Assembly: GCA_044222065.1 (NCBI GenBank)
Contig: JBGAOA010000029.1
Coordinates: 19,130-51,529 of the forward strand
Length of the DNA stretch: 32,400 nucleotides
Source: Candidatus Eiseniibacteriota bacterium
GTDB lineage: Bacteria > Eisenbacteria > RBG-16-71-46
Direction: 5' to 3'
Below are positions 11,361 through 19,711 of the stretch, in pieces; the stretch's first letter is position 1, and each line of letters opens with the position of its first letter. The position numbers and the translations under genes were made by a program. The notes under the pieces are model-generated. The model saw only the letters and a list, made by a program, of their open reading frames with translations, ran no database searches and had not been told where the DNA came from.

Positions 11361-11418
11361 CGGCGGATCCTCGCGAGCCGTAGAGCGACTGGATGCGGCC
11401 CCACGTGGGGCGCGGGGC
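11361..11418 (-). repeat. Non-coding copy of the 3' end of the TWG-tail gene (direct repeat with 12335-12392)
   Basis: Ungapped alignment gives 47/58 identity. It translates PRPTWGRIQSLYG versus PRRTWGRIKSLYR* and contains the perfect palindrome GCCCCACGTGGGGC (11398-11411). Confidence 0.85.
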
Positions 11419-11468
11419 CGGACCCGCACCGCGAGCGCCCGGCGGCTACCGGCCGCTCGAGCTGCGAC

Positions 11469-12245
11469 TCAGCGCGCGGCCCCGCACAGCGCCGCGAGAC
11501 GCTTCCCGGCATCGAGGAGAGGCTTCAGTGACACGTCTTCGCTCGAGGACGACTGGTAGTACCCGAAGGGATTGTCGAGATCGCGGATCAGCAGCAGCAG
11601 AAAGATCATGACACAGGCGATGATGCCGACCAGGAAGAGCGACTCGTAGTAGGGCTCGATCCGGACGAACACGAGCCCGAGGCACAGGAGCACGGTGATC
11701 GTGTCGGCGAGCAGGTACGCCGATCGAATGAACGACGTCTCGCGAATCGTGTGGATCCGCACGACGAGCCGCCGGAGAGTGCCCTGCTCCTGCTTCAGAC
11801 GCGCGAGCAGCGTGGCCTGGGTGTGGGGCTCCAGTCGCGCCCAGTGCACCGTCAGCTCGTCGATCGCGTCGTGCAGGGCCGTCGTCCGCACGCGCTTGTG
11901 GAACCACTCCCTCAGGTCCGTCGCGAGCTTCAGCAGATGCTCGAGGCACGGCCCCACCGGCGCCTCCGATTTGGCGAGGCCGATGCCCCGCACCTCCTGA
12001 CCGAGGTTCTCGAGCCCCGCGGCCAGTTCGCCGGGCAGGCGCTCGCTCTCTTTGTAGTCGGCGAGCACGCCCGAGAGCAGGAAACCGAGCAGAAAGACGT
12101 TCGCGGCGACGATGCCGGAGAAGAGCGGATTGATGGAGAGGCACTCCCATCCCACGGAGTGCATCAGCAGCTTCGCGCCCAGAACGATCGCCACGAGTGC
12201 GCCCACTCGAATGAGCATCGGGAAATGTGCGATGCGGTCCCTCAC
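11469..12245 (-). CDS. Integral membrane protein, DUF4239/bestrophin-like
   Basis: GAGGAGG precedes GTG 12245. Two N-terminal TM helices, a soluble helical middle, then two more TM helices followed by LLLIRDLDNPFG. Confidence 0.72.
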   Translation of the reverse strand: MRDRIAHFPMLIRVGALVAIVLGAKLLMHSVGWECLSINPLFSGIVAANVFLLGFLLSGVLADYKESERLPGELAAGLENLGQEVRGIGLAKSEAPVGPCLEHLLKLATDLREWFHKRVRTTALHDAIDELTVHWARLEPHTQATLLARLKQEQGTLRRLVVRIHTIRETSFIRSAYLLADTITVLLCLGLVFVRIEPYYESLFLVGIIACVMIFLLLLIRDLDNPFGYYQSSSSEDVSLKPLLDAGKRLAALCGAAR

Positions 12246-12334
12246 TGCACCTCCTCGGTGTGCTGCGCCCCGGCCGGCTCGACCTCGCGGGACGGACGTT
12301 GGCGCGCGGCGTGGCGCCGACACGCCGAGCGCGA

Positions 12335-12392
12335 CGGCGAATCCCTCCTAGCGGTAGAGCGACTTGATGCGACCCCACGTGCGCCGCGGCGC
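12335..12392 (-). repeat. Second copy of the 58-bp direct repeat; encodes the TWGRIKSLYR* tail plus 13 nt of 3' flank
   Basis: Matches 11361-11418 at an offset of 974 bp. Confidence 0.85.
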
Positions 12393-13088
12393 GGCAGTCG
12401 CCGCCGCGAGTTCGCAGTAGGCGATCGAGTCCAGACCGATGTTCGGATCCGGGCTCGGTCCGAAGCGCAGCTCGACGCGCGTGATCCCCGCGCCACTCAC
12501 CGCCAGCAGGAAGTTGCCGGGGAATCCGGCCTGACTCAGACAGGCGTCGCCGCTCGTGCTGTCCACCGCCGCGCCCCCCGTGAGCGTCGCGATGTCGACC
12601 ACCGCGTGACTCGCGTCGTAGGCGGTGAGCGTCGCACCGTGCGTCGCACCGCCGAACGGGTAGTAGTCGCCGAAGTCGAACAGCTTGATCGCGAAGCACC
12701 CGACGGTGACGCCCGGAGCGAACGTGAAGTCGTAGTCGAGGACGCAATTCGCGGGATGACCCATGCCGCGCACGCCATCGAGGCAGCCATTCGTGCCGCC
12801 GGCGCTCCCGTAGCTGCTGAAGGGCAGCACGTTCCCTTCCTCGATCACGCGCGTCGCGCCGCTCGGGCAGCCCGCGCCAAACGCCCACGGCACGCTCGTG
12901 ATGTCGAGCAGCGCGTCCACGGTGCCGAGTCCCTCGACGAGCGAGCCCGGAGCGAGCGATTCGAATGTGACGCCGTGCATCGTGCCCGTGCAGGAGGCCG
13001 GCGTGCAGGTGGCGGCTTGCGAAGGCCCGGGTGAAGCGATGGCGAACGCGAGCAGCGCGAGCGAGAGGGCGGGGGCGAGCGGACGCAA
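12348..13088 (-). CDS. Secreted Cys-rich hypothetical protein with C-terminal TWGRIKSLYR motif
   Basis: GGAGG-N6-TTG start at 13088. Signal peptide ..LAPALSLALLAFAIASPGPSQA, 8 Cys in the mature part, and terminal AAATAAPRRTWGRIKSLYR*. Confidence 0.82.
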   Translation of the reverse strand: MRPLAPALSLALLAFAIASPGPSQAATCTPASCTGTMHGVTFESLAPGSLVEGLGTVDALLDITSVPWAFGAGCPSGATRVIEEGNVLPFSSYGSAGGTNGCLDGVRGMGHPANCVLDYDFTFAPGVTVGCFAIKLFDFGDYYPFGGATHGATLTAYDASHAVVDIATLTGGAAVDSTSGDACLSQAGFPGNFLLAVSGAGITRVELRFGPSPDPNIGLDSIAYCELAAATAAPRRTWGRIKSLYR

Positions 13089-13130
13089 GGCGGACCTCCG
13101 ATTGGGGGGCGGGGCATGCGAGGGAGCGAC

Positions 13131-13160
13131 ATTGTCCGGTCTCGAGCGCGCGGCAGGCAA
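13131..13160 (-). promoter_or_regulatory. Putative sigma70-type promoter for the TWG-tail gene
   Basis: Minus strand TTGCCT-N18-GACAAT in the divergent intergenic region. Confidence 0.3.
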
Positions 13161-13351
13161 CCCCAAAGCCCGCGCGCCCCGAGCGCTCTCGCCTTGCGCG
13201 GGACCGGTCCTCGGTGCCGTCGCGAGCACGTGCGGTCGCCCGGCCGATGGTCCGATTCGCCGGGCTCTTGCGCTTCTGGGGTACGGGGGCGAGGCGCACC
13301 GGTCCGCGCCCCCCCGTCGATCCGACGCCATCGCCGGGAGGAGCCAGCGCC

Positions 13352-15100
13352 ATGCAGGTCCGACACCCTTTCATTCGCACGACGACGTCGCGGTTCGCCT
13401 TGGGGCTCACCGCCCTGCTCGGCCTCGCCGCCCTCGCCCCGTCCGCATCGCTCGCCGCCTGGCCCGTGGATCCTTCCGTGAACCTCGCCGTGTGCACCGC
13501 GGACTTCGAGCAGCAGTTCCCGGCGACGCTTCCCGATGGTGCGGGCGGCGTGTTCGTCGTCTGGCAGGACCTCCGTGACGAATCCACGTACAAGGTCTAC
13601 GCGCAGCGGATCTCGGCGGCGGGCGTTCCACTCTGGGGCGCGAACGGCATCCCGGTCTGCACCGGATCCGGCGACCAGCTGGTGCCTCACCTCACGACCG
13701 ACGGCGCGGGCGGTGCGATCGTCACGTGGAACGACGCGCGTTCGCTGCTCACCGACATCTACTGCCAGCGCCTCTCGCCGACCGGAGCGCTGCTCTGGAA
13801 CCCGACCGGCGTGCCGCTCTGCACGGCGGGCGGACCGCAGCACGACGAGACGGTGATCCCCGATGGGGCGGGCGGCGCGATCGTCGCCTGGTGGGATCGT
13901 CGCGACAACGCCGCGGCCGTCGTCGGCGATGTCTACGCGCAGCGCGTGAACTCCGAGGGCAACGTGATCTGGGCCGCCGACGGCGTTCCGGTGTGCGTGA
14001 CGGGCGGAAGCCAGCAGTACCCGATGATCGTCGCGGACGGCGCGGGCGGAGGCATCATCACGTGGGCCGACGACCGCAGCCCGAGCTCGCAGATGGACAT
14101 CTACGCACAGCGCGTGGATGCCGACGGCAACCGGCTCTGGACGACGAACGGCGTTCCGCTGTGCACGGCCCCGAACGACCAGTCGAGCACGGCGATCGCC
14201 ACGGATGGCGCGGGAGGGGCCATCGTCGCGTGGGCCGACACGCGCTCGACCGAGCGCATCTACGCACAGCGCATCTCGTCCGCGGGCGCCGTGCAATGGA
14301 CCGCGAACGGCGTGCCCGTCTCGGGCGGGCTCGGCGAAACGCTCCCGGCAATCCTCACGGACGGCGCCGGCGGAGCGATCCTCGCGTGGATGGACTTCAG
14401 CCACTTCCCGAGCACTCAGGCGGACATTCGTGCGCAGCGCATCTCGTCGAGCGGCGCGACGCAGTGGGGGGCCACGGGTGTGGCCGTGTGCGACTTCGCC
14501 GGGATGCAGTTCCTGCCCGCGATGACGACGGACGGCGCGGGCGGCGCGATCGTGACGTGGACCGACTACCGCGCCGACGGCATCAACCCCGACCTGTACG
14601 CGCGGCGCGTCACGTCTGCGGGCAGCGTGCTCTGGAGCCCCGCGACCAAGGGGACGGCGGTCTCCACGGCGGTCGAAGCGCAGAGCATGCCCGCGATCGT
14701 GCCGAGCGGTTCTGGCGGCGCGATCCTCGCCTGGCAGGACACGCGCAACGGCGCGAGCGACATCTACGCTCAGCGGGTCCACTCGGACGGCGAACTCGGC
14801 GGCACCGTCGGTGTCTCGTCGGACGCGCCGGCGACGATGGCGCTGAGCCTCGCGGGTCCGAACCCGGCGCGCGCGGGCCGTCTCCCGATGCGCTTCACAC
14901 TCGGGGGCGGGGAACCCGCATCGCTCGAGTTGCTCGACGTCGCCGGGCGGCGGATCGCCGCGCGCACACTCGACGCCTTCGGGCCGGGCACGCACGCGCT
15001 GGATCTCGGCGAGGATCGTCACCTCGCGACGGGGCTCTACTTCGTCCGGCTGCGCCAGGGCGACGCGTCGCGCGTGATGCGGGTGGCGATGCTGAAGTAG
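13352..15100 (+). CDS. Secreted 8x DGAGG-repeat protein (paralog of 9675-11354) with T9SS type A-like C-terminal domain
   Basis: GGGAGGAG precedes ATG 13352. Signal peptide ends ASLA|A. Eight repeats of Q..P.I..DGAGGAIVxWxDxR..DIYAQRV..G...W..NGVPxC. C-terminus GPNPAR..LLDVAGRRI..LATGLYFVRLRQG. Confidence 0.9.
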   Translation: MQVRHPFIRTTTSRFALGLTALLGLAALAPSASLAAWPVDPSVNLAVCTADFEQQFPATLPDGAGGVFVVWQDLRDESTYKVYAQRISAAGVPLWGANGIPVCTGSGDQLVPHLTTDGAGGAIVTWNDARSLLTDIYCQRLSPTGALLWNPTGVPLCTAGGPQHDETVIPDGAGGAIVAWWDRRDNAAAVVGDVYAQRVNSEGNVIWAADGVPVCVTGGSQQYPMIVADGAGGGIITWADDRSPSSQMDIYAQRVDADGNRLWTTNGVPLCTAPNDQSSTAIATDGAGGAIVAWADTRSTERIYAQRISSAGAVQWTANGVPVSGGLGETLPAILTDGAGGAILAWMDFSHFPSTQADIRAQRISSSGATQWGATGVAVCDFAGMQFLPAMTTDGAGGAIVTWTDYRADGINPDLYARRVTSAGSVLWSPATKGTAVSTAVEAQSMPAIVPSGSGGAILAWQDTRNGASDIYAQRVHSDGELGGTVGVSSDAPATMALSLAGPNPARAGRLPMRFTLGGGEPASLELLDVAGRRIAARTLDAFGPGTHALDLGEDRHLATGLYFVRLRQGDASRVMRVAMLK

Positions 15101-15481
15101 TCGGGGCGACTCTCGCGCGCGCTCGGCGGGCCACACGCCGGGCGCGCGCTCCCGCCGGGCGCCACGGCCGTTCGAGCCGCGCCCCCGGATTCCAGCTCGA
15201 GGAAGCTCACGATCGATTCCAGCTGGATCAGGCGAGGGGGCGCCTCCGTTCGAGGTCGAGCCGGTACGAGCGACCGGAACGAAGGCCCCAGGTCGCTCGA
15301 GGAGCAGACGCCGGAAGAACGCAGATCGGCCTGTGCGGCCACACGACGAGTGTGTAGGCTCCGCACGTCCGTTCACCGGCGCGCCGACGCGATTTGTCCG
15401 CGCGCATACGGGAACAGGTCGCCGCCACCCCCGAGCCGGATGAGTTCTTGCCGCAAGCTCCCTCCCCGGAGGTGCTCTGCC

Positions 15482-18400
15482 ATGTGCCGCAGCCTGCTGC
15501 TTTCCCTTCTCTCGCTCGCACTGCTCACGACTCCCTCGTCCGCTCAATTCCACGTTCCGCCACCCTACGCACTTCAATGGGGAGCTTCGGGGGCCGCTCC
15601 GGGCCAGTTCATCAATCCCTGGCACATGACGGTGGACGACAGTGGGTTCGTCTACGTCTCCGACTCGGGCAACAACCGCATCCAGAAGTTCACGAGCACG
15701 GGAACGTACGTGGGCCATTGGACCGTCGCGGGGGGAGGTTCGCTCGCGGGCATCGTCTTTGCCCCGGCTCAGGGCGGACGCTTCTTCGTCGTTCAGGCCT
15801 CCGCAGGATTCAACATCAAGGTCTTCGACAGATCTGGAAACCTCTTGACGTCGTTCGCGAACTCCGGCTCGGGCCTCGGTCAGCTCAACTCCCCCAGCGG
15901 AATCGCCTACGGGCAGGGCAGTCTGTTCGTGGCGGACACACAGAATCATCGGGTGAGCCGGTTCTCGTTGGACGGTGCGTTCCTGAGCAGCGTCGGAAGT
16001 GGCCTGGGAAGCGGACTCGGACAGATGAACCAGCCGCGTGGCGTCGCGGTCGATGCCGACGGGAACCTCTACGTGACCGAGTGGGGCAACAACCGCGTTC
16101 AGAAGTTCGGTGCGACGGGAACGCCGCTGCTCTTCTGGACCTCTTTCGCGGGCGGCTCCCTGGTGCAGCCCTCCGGGATCGCGGTCGATGGCGTCGGAGA
16201 CGTGTTCGTCGTCGACGCTTTCAACGATCGTGTCGTGAAGTTCACGCCGACCGGATCAAAACTCGCGATGTGGGGAGGCAGTGGGACGGGCGACGGACAG
16301 TTCACGGTACCGAGAGGAGTCCTCCGCGATGCCGCCGGCGACGTGTACGTCTCCGACGAATCGGCGAGACGCATTCAGAAGTTCTCCGGCTCGCGCACGA
16401 CGCTCAGCCTCACGCCGACCTCCTCCCGATTCGGCGAAGCCCACACGCTCAACTTGATCGCGATCGTCAATCCGTCCAGCGCGACCGGCCGCGTTCGCTT
16501 CCTCGCCGGCGGTGTCGCTCCGATCGACACGGTCGTTCCCGTTGCCGGGGTGGCGTCCACCCAGGTGACGCTCTCCTCGGGCACTCCGCCTGGCGACATC
16601 GACTTCTCGGCCGAGTACGAGGGCACGGCCACGGAAGGCGGCAGTCGGTCCAGCCTCGCCACGCACACCCGCGACCTCGGCGTCACGAGCACGTCGCTGT
16701 TCGTTCACCCGACGCCCGCAGGAGACGGACAGGGCATCGTGCTGGAAGCCCAGGTGGCGTCCGTCACTGCCGGAGCGCCGCCACCGAGCGGGGCGCTTCA
16801 GTTCGCGGTGGGAGGGTCGAACTACGGCGCGCCGGTGACGCTGCTCAACGGACTCGCGACGATCTCCGCTGCCCCGCTTCAGGCCGGACAGAGCATGACG
16901 TACGGGGCGACGTTCGCGGGTTCGAGCCTCTACGCCGGGAGCAGTTCGGGAGGGGGCACCTTCGCGATCTCGCCGCGCACGCCGTTTCTCTACCAGCTCA
17001 AGTGGGGTTCCCCCGGGAGCGGCGCCAACCAACTCATCTCACCCGCCGGAATCGCGACGGATGCCTCGGACAACGTCTACGTCGTCGATCAGGGCAACGA
17101 CCGGATCGTCAAGTACAGCTCGTCCGGGACCTACTTGCGACAGTGGGGAGGATCCGGGGCGGGAACCGGTCAGCTGAGCCTGGCGCGTGGGATCGCGGTC
17201 GACGCGCAAGGTCGCGTGTTCGTCACCGACTCCGGTAACGATCGTGTCACCCGATTCGCGCCTTCGGGTTCGCCGATCACCTGGGGAGCCAGTGGAAGCG
17301 GCGACGGCCTGTTCGCAGGGCCGATCGGAATCGCGGCCGACGGCCAGGGAAACGTCTATGTCGTCGATGCGGGAAACAACCGGATTCAGAAATTCACGTC
17401 CTCCGGAACGTACGTCGCCCAGTGGGGAAGCTCCGGCTCGCAACGAGGCCACTTCAGCGCCCCCTACGGAGTGGCGGTGGACGGGAACGACAATGTCTAC
17501 GTGTCGGACACGGGCAATTCCCGAGTCCAGAAGTTCACGGGAGACGGAGAGTATCTCGGTCAGTGGAGTGTACCGGGGGCCAACGTCCGACACCTTTCGA
17601 CCGATCCTCAGGGGAACGTCTACGCGACCGATGCGGTGGCTTCGGTCGTGCTGCAATTCACCAGCGACGGCACTCTCGTCGCATCGTGGGGATCTTCCGG
17701 CGCCGGGAATGGCCAGTTCAGCCTTCCGAACGCCGCGGCCATCGGGCCGCGCGGAACCCTCTATGTGAGCGACGCGGGCAATCACCGGATTCAGAAGCTC
17801 ACACCGGCACCGCAAATCGCGTCGATCCGCGATGTCGGCGGGGACCAGGGCGGACAGGTTCGCCTTCGCTTCCGACCGAGCCCGATGGACTACCCGGCTT
17901 CGACCCAGGCAATCGCCTTCTACGACGTCTTCCGCAAGATCGGGAATCTCCTGACCTCAGGGGGCAACGATCGAGCTCCGCGTCCCGCGATCGCCAATCC
18001 GCGCGACCGCGTCCTCGTGGACGGCTGGGACTACGTCGGTACGGCCACCGCCTATCAGGACTCCGCGTACGTGCTGGTCGTGCCGACGCTCGCGGACTCG
18101 ACCTCGGGGAACCCGGCCAATTCGGAGTTCTTCGTGCGGGGCGCCACGGCCGTGCCCGGGGTCTTCTTCGACTCGCCGTCGGCCATCGGCCGCTCGGTCG
18201 ACAATCTCGCCCCGACGACTCCCATCGCATTCTCGGGAGCGCCGGTCGAAACCGGAAACGACCTCCAGTGGGAACTGAACCCGGAGAGCGATCTCGCCCT
18301 CTATCGACTGTATCGTGGGTCGACCTCGACGTTCGTCCCTGGGCCGGGGAATCAGATCGCCACCTCGACGACGACCACCTTCACCGATCCCGAGACCGAT

Positions 18401-18622
18401 CCCGGGACCTACTACTATCGACTGTCGGCAGAGGATCTCCACGGAAACCGCAGCGGCTACGCGCTGGCCGTCGTCGTTCGTGACGCACCTCCGGCCCCGA
18501 TCGCGGCGCCCATGTCCGGACCCGCGGCGAGCCTCGTCCTCCTGCTCGTCCTCGCGGGCGCCGGCGGAATCCGGTCGCGCGCGCGCCGCCCGAGCGGCGC
18601 GGAACGGGAAAGGACGCCATGA
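15482..18622 (+). CDS. Surface protein: two 6-bladed NHL propellers separated by two Big_3-like Ig domains, DQGG module, Fn3-like domain, C-terminal IPTL/PEP-CTERM-like TM anchor
   Basis: GGAGG precedes ATG 15482 and signal peptide MCRSLLLSLLSLALLTTPSSA|Q. There are 6+6 repeats of F..P.GIAVD..GNVYV.D.GN.RIQKF. The tail is PAPIAAPMSGPAASLVLLLVLAGAGGIRSRARR. Confidence 0.9.
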   Translation: MCRSLLLSLLSLALLTTPSSAQFHVPPPYALQWGASGAAPGQFINPWHMTVDDSGFVYVSDSGNNRIQKFTSTGTYVGHWTVAGGGSLAGIVFAPAQGGRFFVVQASAGFNIKVFDRSGNLLTSFANSGSGLGQLNSPSGIAYGQGSLFVADTQNHRVSRFSLDGAFLSSVGSGLGSGLGQMNQPRGVAVDADGNLYVTEWGNNRVQKFGATGTPLLFWTSFAGGSLVQPSGIAVDGVGDVFVVDAFNDRVVKFTPTGSKLAMWGGSGTGDGQFTVPRGVLRDAAGDVYVSDESARRIQKFSGSRTTLSLTPTSSRFGEAHTLNLIAIVNPSSATGRVRFLAGGVAPIDTVVPVAGVASTQVTLSSGTPPGDIDFSAEYEGTATEGGSRSSLATHTRDLGVTSTSLFVHPTPAGDGQGIVLEAQVASVTAGAPPPSGALQFAVGGSNYGAPVTLLNGLATISAAPLQAGQSMTYGATFAGSSLYAGSSSGGGTFAISPRTPFLYQLKWGSPGSGANQLISPAGIATDASDNVYVVDQGNDRIVKYSSSGTYLRQWGGSGAGTGQLSLARGIAVDAQGRVFVTDSGNDRVTRFAPSGSPITWGASGSGDGLFAGPIGIAADGQGNVYVVDAGNNRIQKFTSSGTYVAQWGSSGSQRGHFSAPYGVAVDGNDNVYVSDTGNSRVQKFTGDGEYLGQWSVPGANVRHLSTDPQGNVYATDAVASVVLQFTSDGTLVASWGSSGAGNGQFSLPNAAAIGPRGTLYVSDAGNHRIQKLTPAPQIASIRDVGGDQGGQVRLRFRPSPMDYPASTQAIAFYDVFRKIGNLLTSGGNDRAPRPAIANPRDRVLVDGWDYVGTATAYQDSAYVLVVPTLADSTSGNPANSEFFVRGATAVPGVFFDSPSAIGRSVDNLAPTTPIAFSGAPVETGNDLQWELNPESDLALYRLYRGSTSTFVPGPGNQIATSTTTTFTDPETDPGTYYYRLSAEDLHGNRSGYALAVVVRDAPPAPIAAPMSGPAASLVLLLVLAGAGGIRSRARRPSGAERERTP

Positions 18623-19578
18623 GAGACCGCGAGTTCGGCCGTACCGGCTGGCGCGTGAGTGAAGTCGGCTACGGCATGTGGGGCATGGGCGGGTGGACCG
18701 GCTCCGACGACGACGAGTCGCTCGCCTCGCTCGAACGCGCGGTGGACCTGGGCTGCAGCTTCTTCGACACCGCGTGGATCTACGGACAGGGACACAGCGA
18801 ACGGCTGCTCGGCCGCCTGCTGCGCGCCCGGCCCGGCGCGCGCCTCGTCTGTGCTTCGAAGGTCCCGCCCAAGAACCTCAAGTGGCCAGCGACCGCCGAC
18901 GCGCTCCTCGCCGAGTCGTACCCGGCCGATCACCTCCGCGCGTACGCCGAGAAGAGCCTCGAGAACATCGGCGTGAGCACGCTCGACCTGCTCCAGTTCC
19001 ACACGTGGAACGACGCGTGGGCCGCGGACTCGAGCTGGCAGAACGCGGTCCACGCGCTCAAGGCCGAGAAGCTCGTGCGCGCGATCGGCATCAGCGTCAA
19101 TCGCTGGGAGCCCGAGAACTGCCTGCGCGCGCTGCGCACCGGGCTCATCGACGCCGTGCAGGTCGTGTACAACGTCTTCGATCAGGCGCCCGAGGACGAG
19201 CTGTTCGGCGCGTGCCGCGACCTCGGCATCGCGGTGATCGCGCGCGTGCCGTTCGACGAGGGCTCGCTGACCGGGACGCTCACGACGGATTCCAAGTGGC
19301 CGGACGGTGACTTCCGCAATCTCTACTTCGCCGGCGACAAACTGCGCGAGAGCGTCGAGCGCGCGGAGCGGCTCGGGCGCGACGTTCCCGCCGGCATGAC
19401 GCTGCCGGAGCTGGCGCTGCGCTTCATCCTCGCGAACCCGGACGTCTCGACGGTGATTCCGGGCATGCGCAAGCGCGCCCACGTGGACGCGAACCTCGGC
19501 GTGAGCGACGGCCGGCCGCTCGACCCCGCGGTGATCGCGCGTCTGCGCGCGCACCGGTGGGATCGCGGCGTGCGCTGA
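18619..19578 (+). CDS. Aldo/keto reductase
   Basis: Motifs VSEVGYGMWGMG, FFDTAWIYGQGHSE, ASKV, DLLQFH, RAIGISVN, QVVYNVFDQ, LALRFIL..VSTVIPG. ATGA overlap with the upstream stop. Confidence 0.95.
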   Translation: MRDREFGRTGWRVSEVGYGMWGMGGWTGSDDDESLASLERAVDLGCSFFDTAWIYGQGHSERLLGRLLRARPGARLVCASKVPPKNLKWPATADALLAESYPADHLRAYAEKSLENIGVSTLDLLQFHTWNDAWAADSSWQNAVHALKAEKLVRAIGISVNRWEPENCLRALRTGLIDAVQVVYNVFDQAPEDELFGACRDLGIAVIARVPFDEGSLTGTLTTDSKWPDGDFRNLYFAGDKLRESVERAERLGRDVPAGMTLPELALRFILANPDVSTVIPGMRKRAHVDANLGVSDGRPLDPAVIARLRAHRWDRGVR

Positions 19579-19711
19579 TCCGCGCACGGCCGCGCTTCGC
19601 GCACGCCGTCGGCGGCGCGGCGATTTCGCGCGGACCCTGCACTGCGCTCTGGGGTAGTTTCGCGCGATCACGCCGCGGCCGCGCACCCCACGATCGCAAG
19701 GAGCGAGCACG

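Noticed and set aside
11361..12392. Direct repeat as a diversity-generating retroelement TR/VR pair
   Set aside because: Mismatches are not adenine-specific (several G/C and T/C), and there is no reverse transcriptase in the window.
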